NCBI GenBank assembly: GCA_907165135.1
Contig: OU015567.1
Location: forward strand, 6,696,001 to 6,760,000
Source of the DNA: Oikopleura dioica
Lineage: Eukaryota > Animalia > Chordata
Direction: 5' to 3'
DNA length: 64,000 bases
In this document: one piece after another, positions 27,401 through 39,722 of the stretch
How the letters are laid out: every line of letters begins with the position of its first letter
Position numbering within the stretch: the first letter of the stretch is position 1
Translations under genes and position numbers: made by a program
The notes under the pieces: model-generated
What the model saw: only the letters and a program-made list of their open reading frames with translations
Database searches by the model: none
What the model was told of the DNA's origin: nothing

Positions 27401-30400
27401 CGGGAGTGGTTCCCAGTAGGCTCAAATCGAATCCCTCTGTGGTTGGGATCTGGAAGCCGGCGGTTGTTTGCTCGGGGAAAACAAATGGATCGTCGGTGGT
27501 TTGAACCTCTGGAAAGACTAAAAAGGGAAGATGGTAAGTTTCAAATTCTTGAGATTGGAGTTGATTGGTGTATAAAAATGCTTGAGAACGACGCTGCCGT
27601 TGACGGTTGTTATGCAATCACGGTGCACGTGAGAAAATATAACTTCAAGGAGGCGTATATTATCACAACCTATTTAATTATATGCATTAGCGCGCAGCTG
27701 AGCCGGTTTCTAATTGAAATAGGGCTGTTTTGCTTACCGAATCCTTCTGTAGTTTGCTCGGGGAAAGCTGGCGCGGGAGTAGTCTGAAAAGATAATTGTA
27801 AAGAGAGAGCCTGTTTTTGAGTTTTCTTACAGCAATGTTGAGATCGAAGATATCTTGCGTAGTTTGTGGTGGAAGAAAAACTGTTGCAGGTGTTGTCGGA
27901 ATTTCGAAGAAAGTCTCCTCGGTCGTGGCGGGCAACAGGTCTGGAAATTCGCTTGGAACTGTTGTCTGGACCTTGGAAATATTGAGTTAGGGGATTATGC
28001 AATCGGTGAGTGGAATGGTTACCGGTGGAAAGATAAAGGATGCTTCCGTCGTTTGAAGCATACCAGGGAATAATCCAGCGGTGGTTAGTAAGTCGCCGAA
28101 AAGAGGGTCTTCCGTAACCGTGTCGCCGAAGAAGTTTAATAGCGATTCCGTCGTAAATGACGGCAAATTCATTGGCGACTGCGTTGTCTGAAAAGATCCT
28201 TATGGAAGATGCCTAAAAGCTGGTCTCTTACGGGGTTGAAAAACAGATCTCCACCGAAGGGATCTGCCGTCGTCGCAAGGGCGGGACCAAAAGCTGGAAA
28301 GCCCGTCGTCGCTAAATTAAAGAAATCGCCGTCTAACAGACTTTGTGTCGTGATATCGAAGCCGAAGAAATCGTCGAAACCGCCAGTCGTGACATCACCG
28401 AAGAAAAACGGACTCGCTGTGGTAAAGGCTGATTTTGGTCAGAAACGGAAGCTTTAGTGCTTTAACTTTTTGAAATAAATGCGCTTTGTGGTTGATTCTT
28501 GAAGAATTTTAATGGCTCAAAAGAGCGATTTATATTTAAAAGGCCGGTCACTTTGAAATTCTAAAAATTTACGCTGAAGAATGTGCGATGTTCTAATCCG
28601 CCAGGTGGTGGCGCAGCTGAGCGCGGCTACTGCTGTGCTCCACCGCCGGTCGCCTCCGCCACCGGAAGCAATTTAGACTCCGGGTGATCCCCTTTCGCTT
28701 TCGCCTGCTTTTACCGTGGCGCAACTTGATCCGTCATCCGTCAAAATCTCGAATTTTGTTGTCACGTGACGTGACAGCGCGCCGCGGTTTAACATGGCGC
28801 CTTTACATTCGTCAGAATATGGATTATGCTCTGCTGTTTTTGACCGTGCCTGGAAATGCTTGTCTCCTATATCTTGAGTCGCTGGAGTCGCTTTTCGAGG
28901 CCGCATAATTTGGATTAGCTGTTTCAAACTGGTTAGCCAGAGCTTTTTCTCGAAAGAATTCCTCAATCAAAGTAAAAGTGGCTAACCATGCCTGACGCTC
29001 CTTGCCTCCTTAATCTTGGCTTGGCTTCTTCGAATGCGTCGCGCAGCCTCGAGCAGACGGTCTCGTCGGAGGCATCGGCACAGTCCGTGATTCCGTCGCA
29101 GAACGATGATAAGTCCACGCAGCTGACGCCATCAGAACATCTGAAGGGGCGAAAGTTAGATTACGAAAGGTTAATCCATGAACGTTTTAAGGGTATCCCA
29201 CGAGATAAGTTGTCGAGTAAAAAAACAGCTTAAAAGATTTCATTTATAAAATACTTGTTTGATAACTCAAGGGCACCCTTAATAAACCCTTATTTATAAG
29301 ATCGCTTCAGAAATGTAACCCACTGGCGCACGAACTTCAAAATATGCGTAGGAGCAACAAAATTTTCCATTTTTAATCTTTTTCATCGATATTTTGGCTT
29401 GTTTCTTGTAGTAGTTTTTTTGCTGGACACGTTGACATAATTATGATAGATTATGATTTACGCAGATTCTTATCTATTCCCCCACTGTTTCCAGCGGTAA
29501 TAACAATAACATCGGCGCTTGTACGATTTTGTTTTTCTTTTCTAAGGGAGCTTTAGAAGGTGTCGTATGCAATTCAAACAATCAGCTCTGCAGCAACCTG
29601 CTATCTGCGTTCCCCGCATTGGCGCGCCGCCAACTGCTATCTTAACGCTTAAAAATTGGCGCCACCACCAGGCGCAGGATCCGAATACACACAAAAACCT
29701 GAATCGGCCTTTGCGCAATTTGAAATTTGGTGCCGCGGTCGGGCCTCGTGGTCAAAGTGGGCAGATCACTGTGGCCGATTTACGCGCCCCAACCTGGCAG
29801 ATTATCGGATACCCTTAACAAAGGGCTTCAGTTTTTATTAAAATTACAGTAGGAGTCGCTTTGTTTGGCTTAAATTTTACTATAAAAGTGAGTTAAAAAA
29901 TATTTTAATAAATAATTGTCAAAGTTGGGGTTAGGGTTAGGGTTGAATTCTGAAAGACCAGGTCTAATTACAGTAGAGCTTACTGTAAGAAAACAGGGAA
30001 AACTGATGCTTGATCTAATATTGATTCGTTAACAATGATTTTATATGTTCAAATACTTGTACGCCACTTTTAAGACCACCCGCCGGTTTACCCGAAAAAC
30101 ACAGAAGGTAACAAGGTAAAACAATATGTGGCCGCCAAAGTCCTGTAATTTGGTGCATCTGTGTTTATTTGAAACAAGCACGGAGCGTGGCAACTATACA
30201 AAAGAACAAAAACTCGCCAAAGCAACTCGGCAGCTTTCTGCATCGCCAAAACATTTTCACTAATGATGAGCACTCGATTTCCAACTTCAGAATTGGCATC
30301 ATTTTCTTTTGCATTTTATAAGCTTAGCCTTGTAAGCTTATTTTCATTTTAGGAAGCTAGCAAAGTGGATATAAACTATTCCGCTTTCTGAATGACTCGC

Positions 30401-33400
30401 TGTCCATTTCTAAGTGACATCATGAAATTTAGGCCTTGCGAAAAAGTGTCAGCTAAAAGGCTTATCGCGAAAACCAAAGGAAACTGACCGGGCGGTCGAT
30501 AAGGTTACCGCTGTCAATTCCCACGCGCTCGCGAAATGAACACTTTTGCCGCCTCCCGGTCGCGCGGAATTTTCAACTGGCGAATTTCTCACCGTTATTA
30601 TGTCCATTAATGCTCTCGAAGTCTTATTTTTCAAATGTCAAATGCTCTTTTTCGTTAGTAAAAGAGGCCTAAAACTAAGACCCAATCTTTTCTGATTAAA
30701 GAAGTGGCCAAAAAGTGCCGGAAATTGGCCAGTTTTGGCCAGATAAGGCCATTTCAGAATATGTTTTGCTTTTAAAAGTAAAAAAAATACCCAAAAAGAG
30801 CTTGAAACTAGTCTTTTTAGTGTATTTTTAGAAAGGGAAAAGCCAAAATCCCGTGAAAACGGCCGAAATTTGGGTGTGGAATATTTCTGTTTTCACTGTA
30901 TAATTACCATGAGATTTTTTTCTAAAGGGAGATCGGAGAATCTGAGGGTCCTTAGCCCTCTGGGACTCTCAGTTTAGCCGCGCGAGCCTAGCGCGGCTAG
31001 CCAATCAAATGACGGCATTTTTCCGCAGTGCGCCGCACTCTAAATTCTTTATTCTGAGGTACCCAACAGGAGCTGAAAGAAATTTCTAGACTTCCCCGAG
31101 AGTGAAACGGGGAAGCGAGGCCAGGGGCCTTCTCCCTCTCTAAAAAAATCTCATGGTAGTTTTACCACTCTGTAGATTTATGCGCCAAGGGTGTTGTTTA
31201 TTTAAGATTGTGGCTGACGAGCTTTTAAATACTTTAATTGAGTAGTTATCGCAGGTGGCCCTTGAGCTAATGCTACTGAGAGCATTTGCATTTGGCGGCG
31301 TCGCAAAATGCGAAAATGCGAAATTTGCATCGCGCAAGTTATCTTTCCTTTCGTTTGGGCACTCTTATGCAAAGCACAGTGGCCACAAGAAAGTGGCCCG
31401 CTCCGGAAAGGCGCCGCACACGGATTTTAATTCAAGGGGCGCCCCAAATAATGCTAATTATTGCGCGTTATCACTCAGCCCCCGCTGCGCTCCGTGCTGG
31501 CTAAACAAAGCAGAAACGCTTGAAGCCAGCCTTATCGCGAAGTTGTGAGTTCCTGATTTTAAAAGAAACCCTCGCCGCCGGTTTAAAATTGCAAAAAAAT
31601 GCCCTGAAAGGCCATGGCGCCTATCTCTTGCAAATTCCAAAATAAGTAATTCAAAAAAGGGTGAAATTTCTCGGCCAACAAATTATGGGATCAAGTCGGC
31701 TTTTACGCGTCCATTACGACGCCTTTCTGCTGACAACTAAGTAAGTTCTATAAGCCAACTTGATCGCCGGTCAAAACAGGTGAAGCTCAAGAAAATCAAT
31801 TCGAAGAAAAGATAGGCGGACTAAGAATGCGCCATCAATTTGTGAATGGGGATGATTCGAATAGCAGAACCATTCTCAAAATTAAATGTTTGCAATAAGA
31901 TTCCAAGACTATTTATTTTGGTATCTTGGGGATAGGTTTAGGGTTAAGGCCCCTTAAATTTTTTTTTTTTTTGAAAAATTTCTTGAAGAAACATTTTTGA
32001 TTGAAGGAAATAATAAAAGAGATTCAATCCGTCACTTTGATTTAACAAATCATTTGCTAATTATGTGTGGAAAGATCGTGGCTGGCGGGCCCTGATCTCC
32101 GCTAGAATGGTTAATAACAGTTAGCCCCACACATGTTTGCGGGTTCTTGTGTTGTTTCACGGTCGATCTGAGCGCGTTTTGTTTAGAATTCGCGATTTTC
32201 TCGGAGTGAGGAAGTATTTTGTGTAAACAAACGATTGCATCAGATTTGTTCTTGGGGAGATGCGATCGCCAGCTTAGACAGGGTTTAGCTCTTTTTCGCT
32301 AAAGATAAACGTTCAACAGAAACTAACGAGAGGACCACCGTAAGCAGATTATCGTCAGCGTCTCGCAAAGATTCTGACTTCAATCCCCATCAATAACCAT
32401 CACGCCCGAAAGTCCTTGAACCTTGATTATTTTCCTTATCAGTTCACAAATCGCATGGTACACCCTTAATCCTTCCCTTAGTGCTCATTTGATTCTATAT
32501 TTTGTACATCAAAACGAAAATTGAGGCACTTAACTTTCGCTTGGGTACCCCAAAAAAGATGATAAGGAGGGTTAGGGTTATCAAATTTCTCCTGATAAAC
32601 CATGAACCCGGCATTTCATGTAAAAAACCTTTATTTGATGGAATCGTGAAACAGTTATTGGTTGTGAAATCAAAATACACCGCGCTATCTTTAGCCCCCT
32701 TTCGGTAAAACATCCACTTATCGCCCCTATAATAATATTTGCACTAACTCTAATAAGAAGTTCATCTTTAATTGAACTGAATTTGAATTGAAAAAAAGGT
32801 TGCTGCGATTTCTGGAATGTCCACGGGGAAATTTTCAATTTGAAGGATCTATGTTAAAGCGATTTAGTCGGTTATTTGCGTTGCGAAATTGAAATTCCAC
32901 CGCTTATGTAAGCTGCAGCGAAAATATTTTTGGACTGGCGAGGGTCGGCGAGGGCCATTGCCGCGTTCAGCGAGGGCCTGGACCGGCAGCAGACAATAGG
33001 GTGGCCTGTACTAAGCCTGACGTCATTATCGGACTTTACAGGGATCATTGTTGTTGTCCGCGTTAGGCTCTCTAGCGCCGTGGCGAGTGCGGCGGACGCT
33101 CGAGCCGACGGCTGCGCTATTCCACATTCCTCCCTCTTGTATTGAATATGCCGTCACAAATCTCCTCATTCCGCAAAAATGCGCCCCCAACGTGCGATAA
33201 TATACTCTGTTGAAATCATCACCTTCTTGTGACATAATATCTCTCTAAGGGGCGTAAAGGGCGTGCTCCTCGCAGACCGCGGTCATGTTCTTCTTACCTG
33301 TAGTTGCCGGCCGCGCACGGAGTCAGGGGCCATCTGGTAGGGAGCACGTCAGAATCTCCCGTTTCTTGGGCGCTGCCCACTGTTAGTAGAGCCACTGTAG

Positions 33401-33410
33401 CTCGTACCAT
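24498..33410 (-). CDS. Secreted protein with two LDLa modules, Thr-pair/Phe-Gly-Asp repeats and a Trp-rich acidic tail
   Basis: Exon 33410-33298 (MVRATVALLTVGSAQE...PCAAGNY) joins in phase to 29140 to give a six-Cys LDLa (C..GNYRCSDGVSC...CDGITDCADASDETVC). Second LDLa ~27190-27040. Assignment of terminal exons (25990-25880, 24640-24498) is less certain. Confidence 0.7.
25316..25620. mobile_element. MITE with ~43-bp TIRs
   Basis: GACGGCAGGTTCACGTCTTTATAAAGAATGATTCTTTTTTCAA and its reverse complement ending at 25620; no clean TSD. Confidence 0.8.
30907..31156. mobile_element. TA-flanked MITE (Tc1/mariner-like)
   Basis: TA|CCATGAGATTTTTT..AGGGAGA at left and AAAAAAATCTCATGG|TA at right. Confidence 0.7.
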
Positions 33411-35336
33411 CTGATCCCCGGTTCTTCTATTTTCTCCGTGATTCTATCTCTCTCTCTTCTTCTTTTGTTATCTCTGACTGTAATATACTGTATCTACCGG
33501 ACAGTTCTTCAATCGCAACGATTGAATCCGCCCCGTTTGAATCCTATTTTACGTTTTTTTCGTTTGAGTTTCTCGGCGTTTTTTGTTTTATCTGGCGCGG
33601 TGGTGCTCAGTTTATGCTGCAGCTCGCATAGCAGCGGGTAGAAGGTGCTCCCTGGCTCGCTGGCAGAAGGTGAAAAACGAAGCCCGCGCCGCGCCCTTGA
33701 GCTGTAGCGGTAGGTTAAAACTACCGGCTATGCACCACCACTGAGCAAAGCGCCCACGGGCCTACTGCGCCACCCGCCAAATTTCAACGCAAGCACCAGC
33801 CAAACACACGCGCACTTGCAACTTACTACTACGCCCCCAAAAAATGAACGAACGCAGACTTTCAGAGATTCAGAGCGCTTTAGATTGAACACGCTCAGAA
33901 CGTGTTACACGTTATTTAATGGGTTAACAATTGGACGGTAATTTGGACGGAGCACCAGAGCACCGGGCAATTGGAGATAAGTGGGCGAGGTGTAACACCG
34001 GAAATTGGTGTTTTGTTGGTTCAATTAGACGCTTCAATTTGCTCTCTTCTAAAAATCAGAAGGCTCTATTTTTTGCAGAAAATATGAAAAAAATCAACCT
34101 TTTTTTGCTTCGTTGGAACTGATTGATTTTCTCGCTCCTCCACCAAGCACCTCGAGTCGATGATTCTTCTCCGAAAGGATCACGAGATCGTGACTGCATC
34201 GATTATAAATGCTCATCCGTGACCACTCAATAGATGATCGTGGTGCCCACACTTGTGCATGACTCCGCCGCTTGAATCTTATCCGTCGACGTGTGTTGTA
34301 TTTTGCCTTTGACGGAAAGTTGAAAGTTGCCAAGTCAGTAAATCTGTCGACGCTTGCTTCTCCCTCGAGCTGAGAAAGAAGAAACGCTCGTCGTTTAGTC
34401 GACAGAGCGAGTAGGTTAATACTGAATCGCGCAAATACTGCCACGGGCACTAAAAAAAGCGGCAAAGAAAAGAATGTACCAAAAGCATCCGCTCGTTAGC
34501 CAGTCATTTTCCAAGAATCGTATGAAAATCTGGGTCGTTTCGCTTTCAATCGATATGTTGTTTGAACTGACGGGCAGAGCTGACATCTTTCTGAAGCATG
34601 CGGTTGGATATGCCTTTTCTTATCTTGTTTATAAACACTTTCCACCTCCAAATAACACCTCTCCTCGTGCGCTACCGGTAGTTCCCTAACAAAACATCGC
34701 CGCACTCGCTTTTTCACGGTTTTCAAATCATCTACCTTGATCGAATTCGTCAGACACAAGCTGGGAAATTACGTGAGCGTCGAAAATGTCGGTATTTGTA
34801 GTGGCGAAATGCAATCAATTAGATGTCGTCTAGCACCACCCGCGCGAGCGTGTTTTTTCGTGATTGAGTTTACGCGAAATTGGCTAACTTTAAAGGATTA
34901 GTCTAGATGCGTTTGAAGATACTGACTTACGGTACGAAAAAGTACCTTATAATTGACGCTGTAATTGAATTATCTCCTGTTATTCCATTTCTCTCGTTTT
35001 AGGAACTCTTCCTTGATTTCAAGCCAAGTTTTTCTGCTCCTTATCTCAATCGGATCACAAGACAAAGAATTGATGCGTACAGAATAATTTATTGAGAAAT
35101 TTCGACTTCAGTCCAATCTGGTTGTCACTGTCGCCATACAAGTACAGTTTGGCATTTTGACAGAACTTGCAGATTGATATCAACTTCATTTATCGCAAAA
35201 ATCACAGGGAAATTAGACTGTAAAAAGATAAGGAAAGATTAAATAAAGAAAAAATAAAGAAATGGGGTTGAAAATCGTAGTCAAGCCAAGCGAGGGTCAG
35301 AATGCTGGTTTTGACAAAATCTTTTTGTCGGTGAGT

Positions 35337-37768
35337 TTAGTGGAAGAGAGCCAAAGTGACGGCCATGAGTCCGGAGAAAGCAACGACGGCGGCGCCGGAT
35401 TCTTCGGTTTCGTTCTCAGTTCCAGATCCAGGTGAGGATTCGACAGCGACGACGAGGTCGGTGGTCTTGCCGTTAGCCTTGTTGCAGGAGCCGGAAGTGC
35501 AGTGAGTGGTCTCAGAGTTGACGTTCTTGAATCCAGCAACGGCTCTGAATTTCCAATTTTAATAACTGGGCCATCAGAAAAGTACTTACTCAGTGGAGTC
35601 TTCATGATCACCCTTGTGGCAAGCTCGCTTGATGCCGTAGAAGCTCTGTCCGTTCAAAGTGTAAGCGGTCTCGGTGGTGGAGCAGGAAGTGTAGGAAAGA
35701 TCTGGGCACTCGACAGCCTTGGTGGTGGATGGAACAGTGTAGCAGGGATCTGGAATAAATACATATTATGGCCTCATTTCAATCTTTTTTTACCTTCTGG
35801 GTCAGTATTTCCAGCTGGAGTCTCGCAATCGTAGCACTGGAGAAGTCGAGAAGACTGCGTGGCAATTTCGAGGGTGGTATCGTATCCTTCGACAAGACCG
35901 TTGCAAAGAGTACCGTTGGTGTAGTCGCAAACTCGGTTGGTCTGGGAGATTCCGTAAAGGGCTGGAGCAGGAGTCTCGTTGTTGATGACAGACATTTCGG
36001 TATCACATCCTCGTTTAATGTACCAGTTGAAGGTGGTGGCTGGAAGCTTGCTGGTGCCAGTAGATTCCTTGTATTTGTAAGCAGAGACGTAGCATTTGCC
36101 GGTGCAGGAGCCAGAAGTGCCAGTTGCCGAGGAGCTAGAGTCAGCGACGGGCTTGAATGTTTGCCAGCAGAGAGAGGTGTCTTTTTCTTTAACAGAGTCA
36201 AAGATAGGGTCAGCTGGGTTTGCGCCGGAGACAGTGGTGGAGAAGGAGCTCTCGCAGGAGTAGCAATCGAAGACAACAGCAGTAGAAATGGAAGATGATC
36301 GTCCAGTGTTACCATTAGTAGTGGTTGATCGTTGGTTGTATTGTTTGATATTGGTCCATCCGTCGGGAACTACGTAGTCATCAGCATTTTCTTGCTCACC
36401 ATCAGTAACACCATCATCGGGATCAGCAGCACAGCCTCGTTTTGCGTAATAGTAAGTTTCAGTGGCATCTTCTCCGAGCTTGTAGCTTGAAGTGATAGCG
36501 GAACAGGCAAGAGTCTTGCACTTTACACGACCAGTGGTTTTGGCGGTGACACAATCGTTGGCAGAATCAGTGTTTCCAATAGGGGTAGAGCAGCTAATGC
36601 ATTCGAGTTCCTCGGTAGCGGCAGCTACAGAGGGGACGTCAGGCTTGCCAGACCCATCAGATGACATAAACTGCGCAGTAATTGGTCGAATATCAAAAGT
36701 AGAATGGTCTCCTTGCTGAATTGCAGACTTATCGTCTTTCACATCGGCGTGATCGATTTTGGTCGAAACATCGGCATCAGGGTATTTTGCATTGTCCTTT
36801 GCCTTAGAAGCAGTGTTTGTGGCAGCATACATTCGGACGAACATGTTAGCAGAAACGGCTCGTTTATTAGGAGTGAGCACGTCAGTTTCACTGCTACCAA
36901 GACTAGCTTTCTCAGTATTTGAAGCACAACCTCGCTCGATCGCGACCCAGTGGCTGGTAACAACGTTAGCATCGTTTTTGGTTTTATATTGCCAGGTTTT
37001 GGTCATGCAAAGACCGTTTTCTGGGCTGCAGTATTTTGTTGGATCTCGGGCAGCTTCATCATCGGTAGCAAAAACGTTTCCAGATGGATTCCAGCATGGC
37101 ATGGTGATGTCGGAGGACTGGAGAGGAGCGGTTGAGAATTCTTGAGCATCGTGACAGACCAAACATCGAATGGAATCGAAGGTCTGGATGTTGACAGTAG
37201 AGGCATCGCCACTGGTGACAGGGTCTTCACGACCGTCTCCCATGTAGAGAGCACCGTCAACTCCTCGTTCAATGAAGTTTGTAAGGAGGATAGGTGCGTC
37301 GTTACCGTCGGCATCCTTAGCATCGTTATCAAGTGCTTTCTGCTGGACTGAGCTGGCAATGCCCTTGACACCTTCATATCCATCAACATCGACTCGGGAA
37401 AGAGTAACGCTCGAATCTGAGACGTATCGTTTTACACCGTAGACGACTCTAAAATAATTTCCCGTAATTATTCCGTAAATATACAGTATAAATTATACTT
37501 ACTTGTTTCCAATATCTTTTGCTTCGAACATGTAGAAAATGGATACGCAGTATTTTTCGTTATCAGCGTCAGTAGTACCACTGACAGTATACTTTAAATC
37601 CTCTAGTTCATCGTCAGAAGCTGGATTAGTACAAGTCGCAGCTTTCAAATCGGCGATAGCGTTGGTTTCATCATCTGCAACGCCAACGTATTCACAAGTA
37701 ATACATTTTTCGTAAGCAGCGGCAGAAGCACAGCCCGCAAGGACTGCGAGGGATTTGAAAAGCTTCAT
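35337..37768 (-). CDS. GPI-anchored cell-surface protein with about five Ly6/uPAR (three-finger)-like domains
   Basis: Signal peptide MKLFKSLAVLAGCASA; repeats start CITCE, CLVCH, CISCS, CYSCE, CYDCE, most carry (K/E)RGC or KRAC, and the last two end C...CN; final exon ends ESGAAVVAFSGLMAVTLALFH*. GT-AG introns join in phase. Confidence 0.75.
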
Positions 37769-37811
37769 ATTATTTTTAGAAGATCTTAATCAACTGCCGA
37801 TCGCCGGTTGA

Positions 37812-37818
37812 TTATATA
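37812..37818 (-). promoter_or_regulatory. Candidate TATA box of the Ly6/uPAR gene
   Basis: TATATAA on the minus strand 44-50 nt upstream of the ATG at 37768. Confidence 0.45.
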
Positions 37819-38359
37819 CGCTGCTGGTGTCCATGGTCACAGAGGTGGCAACGGAGCCTGGAATCTGCGACGAGAAATCGGAGTCAAGCTCTGCGATCAA
37901 TTTCCCATTGACCAGCGCCAAGCTCAAAGGGAATCCAAGCCGCAAAACAGTGCTGTTTTGCCAACGGCCATTAGATGCACAGAGCTTTCCAGGCTATCGA
38001 TTACGGCTCTCCTGGGCAGGCATTCAAATTTCAGAAATGTGGTGTAAGCTTCCCGCGCTTTCGGGAGATCCCGTACCTTAACACCGTATTTTCTCAGCAC
38101 TGGAACGTAATTACTCGTTTTTACTAAAATCTAGCATGAAAATATACCATTTTTACGAAACCCTTTTGCTTCTAAAAGCTTGCAGAAGCCTTTTTATATA
38201 AGAAAAGCCACCTAAGATGAGCAGGGCACTAATTTAGTGACAATTACGTAACCATAATTGCAAAAAACTTCGCAAAAAACTTTTCCCCAAAAAACTCCAT
38301 TATTTGCCAAACACAGAGACCGATAGTAAAACCAACAACTTTCCAACGCAAAAGTGGCC

Positions 38360-38902
38360 GGAGCACACTCAAATGCTCGGCGCGCTCATTTGCTCAGGCG
38401 CTCAAATGCTCGGACGCTCTTTTGCTCGGACACGAGCGAAAGAGTGTCCAAAGCGAATGAGCGTTTGATTTAATTGGTCGAAAATTAGCACAAGAATATT
38501 TCTCCGAAAATAAACAATTAAAAGTGATCATCAGCGTATTATCACTCTAAATGCTGTATTTTCTAAATATACGCTAAAATGACTCATTGTGTGATCATCT
38601 TAACAATTCTGAACAATTATTACATAACACTTGATCACTTATTGAAAAAAAATAATGTCCATTTTAATTTCTTCCCGATGATTTCGTGTTTTTCGAAATT
38701 GTTCCGAATTTATTTCGATAAAACTCTAAGAATTGACACCACTAAATCATGGTTTATGTCCTGTATAACATTTTTCATAGTCGACCAATTAAATCAAACG
38801 CTCATTCGCTTGGACACTCTTTCGCTTGTGTCCGTGCAAAAGAGCGTCCCGAGCATTTGAGCGCCTGAGCAAATGAGCGCGCACAGCATTTGAGTGTGCT
38901 CC
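38360..38902. mobile_element. MULE/Mutator-type MITE, ~130-bp TIRs, 9-bp TSD
   Basis: TSD AAAGTGGCC at 38351-38359 and 38903-38911; TIR GGAGCACACTCAAATGCTC.. with internal GCTCAAATGCTC repeats. Confidence 0.9.
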
Positions 38903-39017
38903 AAAGTGGCCTTCGCCAAAGAACTGGCCAATCAGAATCGCTCTCGAAAGGAAAGCACTCTATTTCGGGCCTTTTTTACGATTTCAGAGATAAAAGCGAG
39001 AGGATATTGTTTTCAGA

Positions 39018-39637
39018 ATGAGGCAGTTTTTTAATAGAGGATTCAACGGATTCCGAAATCAGTTTAGAGCTGGAAGAAGATTTAATGCTGAACAAGCAGG
39101 TTTAAATTTATTAAAACACCATAAATATTCAAAAAAAGAGACAGTTTTAATTAACAAAAATGATCGATTTACGGCGTTTGTTGCTCAAAAGACTGTATTT
39201 TTTACTGTATTTAACGGAAATATTCAGATAACTCCTTCAAAGCATGGAGAGACTACTTTTTCTCGACCCACTTTTGGGGTCCCGCTGCCAACTGGGGAAT
39301 TCCCATCGCCGCTATTGCCGATTGTCAGAAATCGCCCGAGATCATTTCCGTGAGTCCTCTTCTTCCTCCCTCCATTCAAATCAATTCTAGCCCAACATGA
39401 CTGCGTCCCTCATCCTCTACTCTGTGCTCTTCTCCCGCTTCGCCTGGATGGTTCAGCCTAGAAACATGCTCCTTCTCGCCTGCCACTTGACAAACACTGC
39501 TGCTCAGGTAAAAAATATCAACACAGCCTGTTTTTTCATCAAATTAAAAATTCTAGTGCACGCAAATGTTCCGCTACTACAACTACGAGTACAACGGTGG
39601 TAAGCAACAGCTGGCCAAGAAAAGTGCCTTAAAGTGA
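39018..39637 (+). CDS. MPC1: Mitochondrial pyruvate carrier 1
   Basis: Spliced translation [33 protein letters not shown] and [20 protein letters not shown] match MPC1. Confidence 0.92.
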
Positions 39638-39722
39638 CAAGTGACTTCAAACTTCTGTAATTTAATTTATCGAGAAAGCAATGAAAAAAATACAAGATTC
39701 ATTCAAAAGAGTGAGTTTTTCT

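Noticed and set aside
29925-32580. Short TTAGGG dimers (29931-29944, ~31936, ~32567; also ~16771)
   Set aside because: Only about two units each; too short to call interstitial telomeric arrays.
34094-34780. Minus-strand ORFs of 123 and 87 aa
   Set aside because: No recognisable motif or consistent exon chain; left uncalled.
35502-37389. Overlapping antisense and alternate-frame ORFs in the LU gene
   Set aside because: Explained by the codon bias of the real frame.
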